This document shows, in pieces, positions 27,642 through 36,444 of a stretch of DNA of 64,000 nucleotides. The DNA comes from Nitrospirota bacterium (lineage in GTDB: Bacteria; Nitrospirota; Leptospirillia; Leptospirillales; Leptospirillaceae). The position numbers were made by a program, and so were the translations under genes. Numbering within the stretch: position 1 is the stretch's first letter; each line of letters begins with the position of its first letter. The DNA is taken from positions 21,355 through 85,354 of the forward strand of contig JAJZXW010000041.1 in NCBI GenBank assembly GCA_021806225.1, written 5' to 3'. The notes beneath the pieces were generated by a model. It searched no databases and was not told the DNA's origin. It worked only from the letters and a program-made list of their open reading frames with translations.

Positions 27642-29612
27642 TCAAGCCGGAGAAGACTCCTCTCGGACCGGGGGATTTGGATCGATATGGGGCAAGGGTG
27701 AGATGATCGGCTCTTCCCCGCTCAGTCTCGGACGAGGCGTGCGAGATAAACCGGCCCCTGAATAGATCTGAAAGGTCCAGATCAGGACAGTGTTCGAAGA
27801 CCGCCGGATCGCCCCCAGAACCGCGGCTGCGAGAGAGCTCCCTGTATCGTTTATGACCACCGTGTCCGCTCCCAGCCGCCTGATCTGCATGTTGAGAACC
27901 GGACCGATTGCCCTTCCCCGAGCCAATATCGTATCGACAAGGACATCCTCTTCCAGACCGATGGCCTGACAAAGGTCAAGCGTGTAGCGGGCCACGGCCT
28001 CCTCTTTTGGGAGAGCGGCCGTCAAGGGAATGGCCAAGGGGATTTCGAGAACAGTGATTACCGTCACCTTCGCCCCATCGGCTTTCGCCACCTTGAGGAC
28101 ATCGCGCAACATCTCGGATGGACGGGTGGGAGAAGTCGCAACAAGGATATGCCTGTGGGGCTTGGCCTCAGGATACTCCTCCTTGATCTCCGTAATTTTG
28201 ACCCGCTCCATGACCGGAAGCGATTCCTTCCGCCGAAACCACAAATAATAGGCGATTCCTCCCGCCATCCAGACCGTCCCAAAAATACGACCATATTTGT
28301 GAAAGAGAAGAACCATGATATAGACACCGAAGGTCCCCATAAATCCGAATACCGTCGGGAGGGGGATCTCCCAGCCGGCGACCCGGATTGCCAGGGGGAC
28401 TCGAAAGGGTCTCTTGAGATCCGGTTCTTTTTTACGAAGTTTGATCAGGGCCAGATGGGTCATGGAAAATGACAGCATGGCGCCATAGTTGTACAGATCG
28501 GCAAGGATGTCGAGGTAGGGGAAAAACGCCACAATCAAGGCGGCCAGGGTCCCAAAGATCCCGATCGACACCATTGGGGTCTTGTATCGGACGCTCGTTT
28601 TGTGAAAGAGGGGGGATATCAGAAGATTGTTTGACATGGAATAGGCCAGCCGGGAGACCCCGATCAGTCCGGCATTGGCTGCAACGGTCAAGATCGTTGC
28701 CCCCAGAACCGAGACCCATGGCGCCATGAATGCCCCGACATGGGGCATCGCGTGAGCAATCCCCGCGATCGGGTCATTCACCCAGGTCGTGGACAGGATC
28801 TCCGGCTTCATCGCGGAGAGGGCCACGAGAGAGATCCCCGAATAGAGAAGAATGGTCGTGCCCATTGTCAGAAACATCGCCCGCGGAACAAGCTTTTCTG
28901 CGTTTCTAGCCTCACCGGCCATCTGGCTGATGGCCTCTATTCCGGTATAGGCGACCATGGCGATCGAAATACCGTATAGAAAGTTGTGCCAGGTAGGGGC
29001 CGTCCCCAGAGTGAACTGGTGCCAGATAGTGTTGAAGTTGAGCAGAAGAAAGGCCCCCATCGTCATGAGGGAGATCTGCGTGATCACATCGAAGCCGGCC
29101 AGCATCAGACTGAACCAGGACGACTCCTTAAGCCCGACAATATTGAGAATGACAAGAACCAGGATCAAAAGGCCGGTAAAGGTGACATTGACCTGGGGGT
29201 TCGTCTTGAAGATCGGGAAAAAGTATCCCAGGTAGGGCCCCACGGAAAAGGCGCTGATTGAAAGGGTCAGAATATAATCCAGAAGAAGGGCCCATCCGGT
29301 AAAAAAGGCCCACCCATCCCCGAAGGCGCGCTGGGCAAAGAGGGACGACCCTCCCCCTTCCGGAATGGCACTCGAAAGCTCGGCGTAGCTCAGGACGGTG
29401 GCGATGAAGAACAGGCCTGCCGCCCCGATTGCCAGAAAAGAAGCTCCTCCTGCATAAATCGTGGTGATTCCCAAAGCATAGTAAATGGAGGATCCGACAT
29501 CCCCATAACCCGTCGAGTAAAGGGCTCCGAGACCGACCACCTTCCTGAGGACGGTCGTGTTAAATCGGGCGATGCCGGTACGGGTGTGGTGATAAATCTT
29601 GAAAAGGGCCAC
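27642..29612 (-). CDS. APC-superfamily amino acid/polyamine permease with C-terminal universal stress protein domain
   Basis: 656 aa with about 12 TM helices (GALYSTGYGDVGSSIYYALG...). A cytoplasmic Usp-like domain follows (HRHILVATSPTRPSEMLRDVLKVAKADGAKVTVITVLE). Confidence 0.8.
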   Translation of the reverse strand: MALFKIYHHTRTGIARFNTTVLRKVVGLGALYSTGYGDVGSSIYYALGITTIYAGGASFLAIGAAGLFFIATVLSYAELSSAIPEGGGSSLFAQRAFGDGWAFFTGWALLLDYILTLSISAFSVGPYLGYFFPIFKTNPQVNVTFTGLLILVLVILNIVGLKESSWFSLMLAGFDVITQISLMTMGAFLLLNFNTIWHQFTLGTAPTWHNFLYGISIAMVAYTGIEAISQMAGEARNAEKLVPRAMFLTMGTTILLYSGISLVALSAMKPEILSTTWVNDPIAGIAHAMPHVGAFMAPWVSVLGATILTVAANAGLIGVSRLAYSMSNNLLISPLFHKTSVRYKTPMVSIGIFGTLAALIVAFFPYLDILADLYNYGAMLSFSMTHLALIKLRKKEPDLKRPFRVPLAIRVAGWEIPLPTVFGFMGTFGVYIMVLLFHKYGRIFGTVWMAGGIAYYLWFRRKESLPVMERVKITEIKEEYPEAKPHRHILVATSPTRPSEMLRDVLKVAKADGAKVTVITVLEIPLAIPLTAALPKEEAVARYTLDLCQAIGLEEDVLVDTILARGRAIGPVLNMQIRRLGADTVVINDTGSSLAAAVLGAIRRSSNTVLIWTFQIYSGAGLSRTPRPRLSGEEPIISPLPHIDPNPPVREESSPA

Positions 29613-29653
29613 TGTCTCCCCTCAGGCCAGAGATGTCCGGCCAGGAATCTTTC

Positions 29654-30727
29654 TCATTTCTTGGCCCCGGAGGGAACAAGGACGACGTCATTCGAACCCG
29701 AGACACGCACGTGGGACGTCCCGCAAGATACCCCGAGAAAATCGGACCCGTGAAAGGTCCCTAGGAGCGACTCGCTCCTCTCTTCCCCCGACGGGCTGCG
29801 TGTGATCAAAACCACAGTTCCTTGTTCTCCGACCACAGCCACCGTCCCTCCTCCTGTCCGGCATGCACCGTAAAGATCATGCAACGTCCCGGTCTGGATC
29901 TGAAAAAAATTCCTTCCCCCGTCAGAGGAAGAAAAAAGAAGCCCATGGTCTCCGGCCAAAAGGACCTGTTCCTTAGACGACCACAGGCTGTTGAAGGAGG
30001 GCTTCTGGCGTGTGACCTTCTGCACGGCTATGTCGATGGCGGTGAAGCGGGTCCCTCCATCTTCCGTCCTGAAAAGCCTCTTGTGCCAGCCGGCGACCAA
30101 TCCGTGCGACTCGTCCGTAAAGGTGACGGCATAAAGGTTCTTTTTGGTCGGAGAGTTCAGACGCACCCAATGGTCTCCACCATCGATCGTCCTGAGAATG
30201 ACCCCATTTTCTCCCACAGCGTACCCGACGCGGTCGGTCGGAAAGCTGATGGCATTAAGGAAGAGCCGGCCCACCCCCGTTCGGACATGTTCCCATGAAC
30301 GCCCCCCGTCCTTGGAACGGAGAAGGACGCCCCGGTCCCCGACTACCCACAGGACACCAGAAGGGAGCCGGCTGATCCCGTAGAAATCCACATGGACCGG
30401 AGGAACCGGACGACTCCATTGTCCTGTCCTGGAAGACAGGCGGAGAAGTGTTCCCTGATATCCGACCACGACGAGATTTCCCGAGTCCTCCACAATTCCG
30501 GAGAGAACCCCGATGAAGTCAGACGTCTTCTTGTTGGTTTGGGAAACGGGAGAAGCGGGTGGACGAAGGAGCGAAAAAGACGTCCCCGCCGGAAGCTTGA
30601 CGGAGGGAAGCGTGACCGTTTGAGGCTTCTGGCAGGCCACCAACAAAAGGGAGGCCGCGGCTACCATGACGAGCCTCCCTAGGTGATTCAACCCTTGAGC
30701 CATGAATCGATTCATTCTTTCAATCAT
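29654..30727 (-). CDS. Ycf48-like / BNR (Asp-box) repeat beta-propeller lipoprotein
   Basis: 357 aa with lipobox LLLVAC. It has repeated Asp-box motifs: SKDGGRSW, TIDGGDHW, TEDGGTRF and SSDGGRNF. Confidence 0.7.
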   Translation of the reverse strand: MIERMNRFMAQGLNHLGRLVMVAAASLLLVACQKPQTVTLPSVKLPAGTSFSLLRPPASPVSQTNKKTSDFIGVLSGIVEDSGNLVVVGYQGTLLRLSSRTGQWSRPVPPVHVDFYGISRLPSGVLWVVGDRGVLLRSKDGGRSWEHVRTGVGRLFLNAISFPTDRVGYAVGENGVILRTIDGGDHWVRLNSPTKKNLYAVTFTDESHGLVAGWHKRLFRTEDGGTRFTAIDIAVQKVTRQKPSFNSLWSSKEQVLLAGDHGLLFSSSDGGRNFFQIQTGTLHDLYGACRTGGGTVAVVGEQGTVVLITRSPSGEERSESLLGTFHGSDFLGVSCGTSHVRVSGSNDVVLVPSGAKK

Positions 30728-30785
30728 GAGGTCAGAATAACTGATCCTGCACCGCTCCGCAAGCGAGATGCAGGAAATCCGGGGC

Positions 30786-31688
30786 TCAGTGAATATTTTG
30801 CTCCTCTTCGTAGCGTTTTCCTTCCTTCTCCTCGAAATCGAAGGGCTTGAAGTGGTATTCGAAGATAGTTTTGATCGCGAAGGGAGCGCTGACAGGCGTC
30901 AGACCGGTTCCCACGCCAATATTCCAGTCGACATGCTCCCCAATGGCGAAATTCCAGCTCTGAAAGACGAACTGCTGCTGCATTTCTGCATATAGGGACG
31001 CCGGCCCCCCCAGCGGCCCCATGTTGCTGATCACCCCGTTATCCCCAAAAAACTCGATCCCCGCATTGACATTCTCCGCCAGGAGATAATATACACCGGC
31101 AGAGTAGGCGAACTCGGGAGGAATCCCTGGCTCTGAGCCATCGGTCGCGAAAAAGAAGGACGGGTTCAGGTCAATGATGAACCGTCCGATCTTCTTTTCC
31201 GCTATCAGGATAATATTGAGGAAAGATTGCATCCCGGTTCCGCCACCCGGAGCCCAGTATTCGATCTGGACAGCGGGATCGAAGAAGTCGGGAATTCTCG
31301 GGAAACGAAGCCGGGTGGTGATGGCTCGGGTCTGGAGATAGGAATAGGTCTGCCCCGCACCGGCGGCAAAATCGATATAGGCGCCGAGGGTCCACCAGTC
31401 GGTCACGCCGAACTCCACGACATAAGTGGAAAAGAGCATATTGGCATTGCGGAGATTGTTTCCGTAAATCGATTCCGCCTGTTTGTCCGGCAACAGCAAT
31501 GTCTGCCAGGTGCCGACACTGACCTCCCCTTGTTCCGGTGTTTCATAGGGATAGATGATGAAGTCCCGGAAAGGATCGGCATGCGCCGAAAAGGGAAAAA
31601 GGAAAGTCGTGAGAAAAATGAGGAAAACAGGGACCAGCAGCGACAGGCACTGGAAGGTGTGGAAGTTTCCGGAGCGTAAAGGTCTCAA
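30786..31688 (-). CDS. Hypothetical secreted, probably outer-membrane beta-barrel protein
   Basis: 300 aa with a signal peptide ending FSAHA-DP. It has alternating aromatic/hydrophobic beta-strand-like segments. It is co-directional with the Ycf48-like gene. Confidence 0.5.
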   Translation of the reverse strand: MRPLRSGNFHTFQCLSLLVPVFLIFLTTFLFPFSAHADPFRDFIIYPYETPEQGEVSVGTWQTLLLPDKQAESIYGNNLRNANMLFSTYVVEFGVTDWWTLGAYIDFAAGAGQTYSYLQTRAITTRLRFPRIPDFFDPAVQIEYWAPGGGTGMQSFLNIILIAEKKIGRFIIDLNPSFFFATDGSEPGIPPEFAYSAGVYYLLAENVNAGIEFFGDNGVISNMGPLGGPASLYAEMQQQFVFQSWNFAIGEHVDWNIGVGTGLTPVSAPFAIKTIFEYHFKPFDFEEKEGKRYEEEQNIH

Positions 31689-31717
31689 GTCGGTCCTTTC
31701 TCGCGTTCGCGCAGGAT

Positions 31718-32026
31718 CTACTCCTGAATCCAGGCAAAGAATAATCCCGGATCAGACTGCAGAAAAAGTCGCTTGCCAAGAGTCCGGTCATCCCCGGAGA
31801 GGAGACGGCAGCAGACAAGGGCCATTTCAAAGGGCGCCTGTCCTTTGTCCGAAGCGAAAACCGGCCCATCCTGAAAGATATGGAAGATTTCATGGGAAAC
31901 GGAGATATTTATAGAATCTTCCAGGACAAATGTAAAGTCTTTTTGAAAAATTTTTCCAGAGCCCCTCCGTCTCATTCTCAAAAACCGGAAGAAGAAACCT
32001 TGGGACCATTGTCTTGTAGACCCCAT
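31718..32026 (-). CDS. Hypothetical small protein
   Basis: 102-aa ORF ending 30 nt upstream of the 30786..31688 gene start. No family was recognised and the start is uncertain. Confidence 0.35.
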   Translation of the reverse strand: MGSTRQWSQGFFFRFLRMRRRGSGKIFQKDFTFVLEDSINISVSHEIFHIFQDGPVFASDKGQAPFEMALVCCRLLSGDDRTLGKRLFLQSDPGLFFAWIQE

Positions 32027-32100
32027 CTCCTATAATATGAAAACAATAATTCTTTTTCGCCCGAAACGGATTCTTCCCAGACTACTGCTGAAAGGACAAG

Positions 32101-33876
32101 TTGAATCAGACGACCCATGAACCGGACATCTCTTTAAGGGCCCTCCGGCATAGTGCCGCCCATGTTCTGGCCCAAGCGGTGAAACGCCTCTTCCCTTCGG
32201 CCCAGGTGGGGATCGGACCCGCAACTGAGGAAGGCTTTTACTACGATTTTCACTTTGAACGTCCTTTCTCCCCCGAAGATCTTCAGAAGATCGAAGCCGA
32301 AATGAAGGCCATCATAGCCGATCGCTCTCCCATCGTCCGCCGGGCCCTTTCGCGGGAGGAAGCCGGAGACTTTTTTTCCGAAAAAGGTGAAAACTTCAAG
32401 CTGGAAATCCTTCACGGAATTCCGGAAGAGGCCGAGATCACGGTCTACGAACAAGGTGATTTCACTGATCTTTGCCGGGGACCGCACATGCCGGACACGG
32501 GAAAGATCGGGGCCGTCAAGCTTCTTTCCTCTTCCGGGGCCTACTGGAAGGGAACCGAGGGCAATCCATCCCTTCAAAGAATCTACGGAACCGCCTTCCC
32601 GACCCAGAAAGAGCTTGACGACTACCTCGAACGGCTTGAGGAAATCCGTCAGCGAGACCACCGAAAGCTGGGGAAGGAGCTGGGATTCTTCCGGACTCTG
32701 GATGAGAATGGCCCGGGGATGGTTCTCTGGCTTCCCCGCGGTGCCCGCATTCGCCGGGTGATTGAGGACATCTGGAAGATCCGTCACGACCGCCACGGAT
32801 ACCAGTATGTTTACACCCCTCACATCGCCCGCCTCGATCTCTGGAAAAAATCGGGCCACTGGAACTTCTATCGGGACAGCATGTTTTCACCCATGGAAAT
32901 CGAAGGGGCCGAATTTGAACTCAAGCCGATGAACTGTCCTTTCCATATCCTTATCTTCAAGGAATCCATCCAGAGCTACCGGGACCTGCCCGTACGATTC
33001 GCGGAACTGGGAACAGTCTATCGGTACGAGCGCTCCGGCACCCTGCACGGTCTGCTCCGGGTTCGCGGCTTCACCCAGGACGACGCACATATCTTCTGCC
33101 GTCCGGAGGACATAGCCACCGAAATCGGTAAAGTCCTGAAACTCGTGGACGAGATGCTTCTCCCCTTCGGGTTCACAAACCGTTCGGTCTACCTATCTAC
33201 CCGCCCCGAAGGCTCCGTCGGCTCCGACGAGAACTGGGAGATCGCGACCCGTGCCCTCGAGGAGGCACTCCGGACCTCCGGAATTCCCTACGAAATCGAT
33301 CCGGGAGAAGGCGTCTTCTATGGCCCAAAGATCGACATGAAATTCCATGATGTTCTCGGACGGACATGGCAACTCTCGACAATTCAGGTTGATTTCAACC
33401 TTCCCGAAAAATTCGACCTGACCTATCGGGACGTCTCCGGAAAGGATGTCCGCCCCATCATGATTCACAGGGCCCTTCTGGGATCGGTCGAGCGCTTTTT
33501 CGGAATTCTGGTGGAGCATTTCAAGGGAGCGTTTCCCCTCTGGCTCGCTCCCGAACAGGTGACGATCCTCACTATCGCCGACCGCCACATTCCCTATGCG
33601 GAAAAGATTGCCCGCGCACTCGAAGCCTCCGGACTTAGGGTGGCGACGGATTTCAGAAACGAAAAAATCGGCCTCAAGATCCGGGAGGCCCAACTTCTCA
33701 AGGTTCCCCAGATGTGGATCATCGGTGACCGCGAGATGGAGGAAGGAACGGTTTCGCTCAGACATCGTGACGGAGGCCCGGGAGGAGCCGTTCCATGGGA
33801 ATCCGCAAAGATGTCCGTCGAGAAAGAAAACCGTTCCGGACTGGCCCTCGATGGACAAATTGAGGTACCGGAATGA
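32101..33876 (+). CDS. thrS: Threonine--tRNA ligase (no N-terminal TGS domain)
   Basis: 591 aa with TTG start. It begins at the editing-domain motif (LRHSAAHVLAQAVKRLFP). It has a class II catalytic core (RVRGFTQDDAHIF, GPKID) and an anticodon-binding domain. Confidence 0.92.
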   Translation: MNQTTHEPDISLRALRHSAAHVLAQAVKRLFPSAQVGIGPATEEGFYYDFHFERPFSPEDLQKIEAEMKAIIADRSPIVRRALSREEAGDFFSEKGENFKLEILHGIPEEAEITVYEQGDFTDLCRGPHMPDTGKIGAVKLLSSSGAYWKGTEGNPSLQRIYGTAFPTQKELDDYLERLEEIRQRDHRKLGKELGFFRTLDENGPGMVLWLPRGARIRRVIEDIWKIRHDRHGYQYVYTPHIARLDLWKKSGHWNFYRDSMFSPMEIEGAEFELKPMNCPFHILIFKESIQSYRDLPVRFAELGTVYRYERSGTLHGLLRVRGFTQDDAHIFCRPEDIATEIGKVLKLVDEMLLPFGFTNRSVYLSTRPEGSVGSDENWEIATRALEEALRTSGIPYEIDPGEGVFYGPKIDMKFHDVLGRTWQLSTIQVDFNLPEKFDLTYRDVSGKDVRPIMIHRALLGSVERFFGILVEHFKGAFPLWLAPEQVTILTIADRHIPYAEKIARALEASGLRVATDFRNEKIGLKIREAQLLKVPQMWIIGDREMEEGTVSLRHRDGGPGGAVPWESAKMSVEKENRSGLALDGQIEVPE

Positions 33877-33900
33877 CAACCATTACGAAGGGGGTTCCTG

Positions 33901-34473
33901 ATTAATTCCAAAACACGGATCAACTATGAGATCAAGACAAAGGAAGTCCGGCTGATCGGCGCAGATGGCGAGCAGCTTGGCATCGTCCCCACAATCGTTG
34001 CGGTCAAGAAAGCCGAAGAAGCGGGCTTCGACCTTGTCGAAGTTTCTCCCAACGCCAAGCCTCCCGTCTGCAAGCTCATGGATTACGGGAAATTCCAGTA
34101 CGAGCAGAGCAAGAAGATCCACTCCATGAAACAGCACCAGCGTACAGGGCAGGTCAAGGAGCTCAAGTTCCGTCCCCATATCAATGACCACGATCTCGGA
34201 ATCAAGATCCATTACGTGGAGCGCTTCCTTGAAGAAGGCAACAAGGCCAAGGTCGCGCTGGTCTTCCGGGGAAGGGAAATGATCCGGTCTGAAATCGGAA
34301 CGGAACTGATGCAGAAGATGATCACGGCTCTCGGCTCCAAGGCCATCGTGGAGTCGCCACCGAAATTCGAAGGCACCAGCATGACCATGGTCCTGGCCCC
34401 TGCCGCGCCGCCCAAAAGTACGTCAAAGGAATCGAAAGGAATGGAAGACGATCCATCCTCGCCAAAGGATTGA
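33901..34473 (+). CDS. infC: Translation initiation factor IF-3, ATT start codon
   Basis: The ORF track shows only the C-terminal 131 aa from ATG 34078. The same frame is open back to the thrS stop and encodes the IF-3 N-domain (INSKTRINYEIKTKEVRLIGADGEQLGIV...DLVEVSPNAKPPVCKLMDYGK). ATT at 33901 sits 6 nt after GAAGGGGG. Confidence 0.88.
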   Translation: MNSKTRINYEIKTKEVRLIGADGEQLGIVPTIVAVKKAEEAGFDLVEVSPNAKPPVCKLMDYGKFQYEQSKKIHSMKQHQRTGQVKELKFRPHINDHDLGIKIHYVERFLEEGNKAKVALVFRGREMIRSEIGTELMQKMITALGSKAIVESPPKFEGTSMTMVLAPAAPPKSTSKESKGMEDDPSSPKD

Positions 34474-34548
34474 TCCCTTCGACCATATGTGCTAGCATTT
34501 TGAAATTGTGATTTTTTAGGTTTAATTTTCGAGGAAAGGACGTGCAAC

Positions 34549-34749
34549 GTGGCAACAGGACGTGTTCTTAAAACCAAGCGTGCCGCAAAGAAAAGATTTT
34601 CCCTGACCGGAACGGGCAAGGTCAAGTTTCATCAGTCCGGAAAACGTCACCTTATGACGGGGAAGTCCTCGAAACGGACTCGGTCCCTCTCGACAGGCAT
34701 CCTCAAAAAAGGCCAGGCAAAAAAGGTGATCGTAAATCTGAATATCTGA
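34549..34749 (+). CDS. rpmI: 50S ribosomal protein L35
   Basis: 66 aa with GTG start (KTKRAAKKRFSLTGTGKVKFHQSGKRH). GAGGAAAGGA lies upstream. Confidence 0.9.
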   Translation: MATGRVLKTKRAAKKRFSLTGTGKVKFHQSGKRHLMTGKSSKRTRSLSTGILKKGQAKKVIVNLNI

Positions 34750-34823
34750 CCTGAAGACCTCCGAATGGCCGTAGATCAGTCTACGGGGGTCTTTGTCATG
34801 TTGTCCCTTCAAGGAGGAAGTCG

Positions 34824-35174
34824 ATGCCACGCGTAAAAGGCGGCCCGCAGACTCGGGCCCGCCGAAAAAAGATTCTCGATATGGCCAAAGGATACTGGGG
34901 GGGCCGCTCCCGACTCTATCGTTCGGCCCGTCATACCGTCGAAAAAGGGTTGACTTACGCCTATCGTGACCGTAAAGCCAAGAAAAGGGAATTCAGAAGG
35001 CTGTGGATCCAGCGGATCAATTCGGCGTGCCGGCCCCAGGGACTGACTTACAGCCGTCTGATCGCCGGTCTCAAGAAAATGGGTATCGGACTCGATCGAA
35101 AGATCCTGGCCGACCTGGCCTTGAATCAGCCCGACGCATTCACCGATCTTCTGAACAAGGTCAAGGCCGGATAG
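34824..35174 (+). CDS. rplT: 50S ribosomal protein L20
   Basis: 116 aa beginning [37 protein letters not shown] lies upstream. Confidence 0.95.
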   Translation: MPRVKGGPQTRARRKKILDMAKGYWGGRSRLYRSARHTVEKGLTYAYRDRKAKKREFRRLWIQRINSACRPQGLTYSRLIAGLKKMGIGLDRKILADLALNQPDAFTDLLNKVKAG

Positions 35175-35200
35175 TATCTCCGATACCTTTTCCATGATCA

Positions 35201-35227
35201 AAAAGGCGCCTGAAGGCGCCTTTTTTG
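35201..35227 (+). terminator. Rho-independent terminator after rplT (A-run/T-run flanked, potentially bidirectional)
   Basis: AAAAGGCGCC-TGAA-GGCGCCTTTTTT forms a GC-rich stem followed by T6. Confidence 0.7.
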
Positions 35228-35383
35228 TTGTTCCCTCTTCCACTACAGTTCATTTTCTCGATGTGGGAACAACGATGCTCCGTCCCTCCTTACAGAGGCT
35301 TTGACTTCAGGGTCTTGAAAGATGAAAATAGAAAAAATGGAAAGAGATTTCCTTTTTCTTATCAATCCGACAGGGGCGTCAGA

Positions 35384-36433
35384 ATGGTCGTCCGCTATGC
35401 GGAAAGCAAGGATGAAAGCGCAGAAATCCTTCGTCTCGTCCTCCAGAAAATGGGTGAATGGCGTCTTTCCTTCACCCCCGTTCATTACACCGTCGTTTAT
35501 GAATATGTCACCAACATCAATCCGGGACTTCGAAAAACCATCGACGACCTTGTCGCAGCGGGGATGCTGACCGACAAGCGGATCGAGGAGGCCTATTACG
35601 GATTCATCGTTCCGGAACAGACCCTCCCCGTTCTCGAGCAACGAGGACTCCTGACGCAGGAAACGCTCGAGATCCTCAACCGCATGGCCGAATCGGCCAA
35701 CGCAACCATGCAGTCGACCCAGAAGGCCCGATTCGGAATCCTTTCCCAGCACAATGCCCTTCGGACAGCCGAGGTCGTTGACTCCTCCCTACTCCAGTCA
35801 GTCATTACCCGGCTTGCGGGAGAGACAAAAAAGCTTATCGAGACGAGCGAAACCCTTGAAAATCAGTTGCGGGACAGCCGAAAGGAAATCGAGTCCCTTC
35901 GATCCGAACTTCAGGCAGTAGCCCAGGCATCGGCCATCGATCCCCTTACCGGCATCATCAACCGGAGAGGGTTTGAAAAACAGATTGAATCCTGTCTTCA
36001 TATCCATGAAAAGAAGGCGGGAGACTGCTCCTTCCTCTTCCTCGATATCGACCATTTCAAGCAGATCAACGACGAATACGGCCATGTCGTGGGGGACCGG
36101 GTCCTTCAGGCCGTCGCGCAGGTTTTCAGGGCAAAAACGCGGGGCGAGGACATCGTGGCCCGATACGGAGGGGAGGAGTTCATTATCATTCTCCCGGCGA
36201 CGCCCATCGACAAGGCCCATATCGTAGCCGAGAACATTCGCCAGAACGTCGAGCGCATCGCACTCCTGAACGCCAAGGACAGCAAAGCAATCGGCGTTGT
36301 AACCATTTCGATCGGCATCGACGTACACAAGCCTGGCCAGAACTGGCGTCAGACAATTGAGAGGGCCGACAAGGCTATGTACCAGTCAAAACAGAACGGA
36401 AGGAATCGCACGACAACCTATTTTCAGATCTGA
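35384..36433 (+). CDS. Diguanylate cyclase (GGDEF with RxxD I-site) with uncharacterised N-terminal domain
   Basis: Start reset to the Met of MVVRYAESKD... The C-terminal domain reads DPLTGIINRRGF...LDIDHFKQINDEYGH...RGEDIVARYGGEEFIIIL, with GGEEF and RGED five residues upstream. Confidence 0.85.
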   Translation: MVVRYAESKDESAEILRLVLQKMGEWRLSFTPVHYTVVYEYVTNINPGLRKTIDDLVAAGMLTDKRIEEAYYGFIVPEQTLPVLEQRGLLTQETLEILNRMAESANATMQSTQKARFGILSQHNALRTAEVVDSSLLQSVITRLAGETKKLIETSETLENQLRDSRKEIESLRSELQAVAQASAIDPLTGIINRRGFEKQIESCLHIHEKKAGDCSFLFLDIDHFKQINDEYGHVVGDRVLQAVAQVFRAKTRGEDIVARYGGEEFIIILPATPIDKAHIVAENIRQNVERIALLNAKDSKAIGVVTISIGIDVHKPGQNWRQTIERADKAMYQSKQNGRNRTTTYFQI

Positions 36434-36444
36434 GTCTGCCCTCC

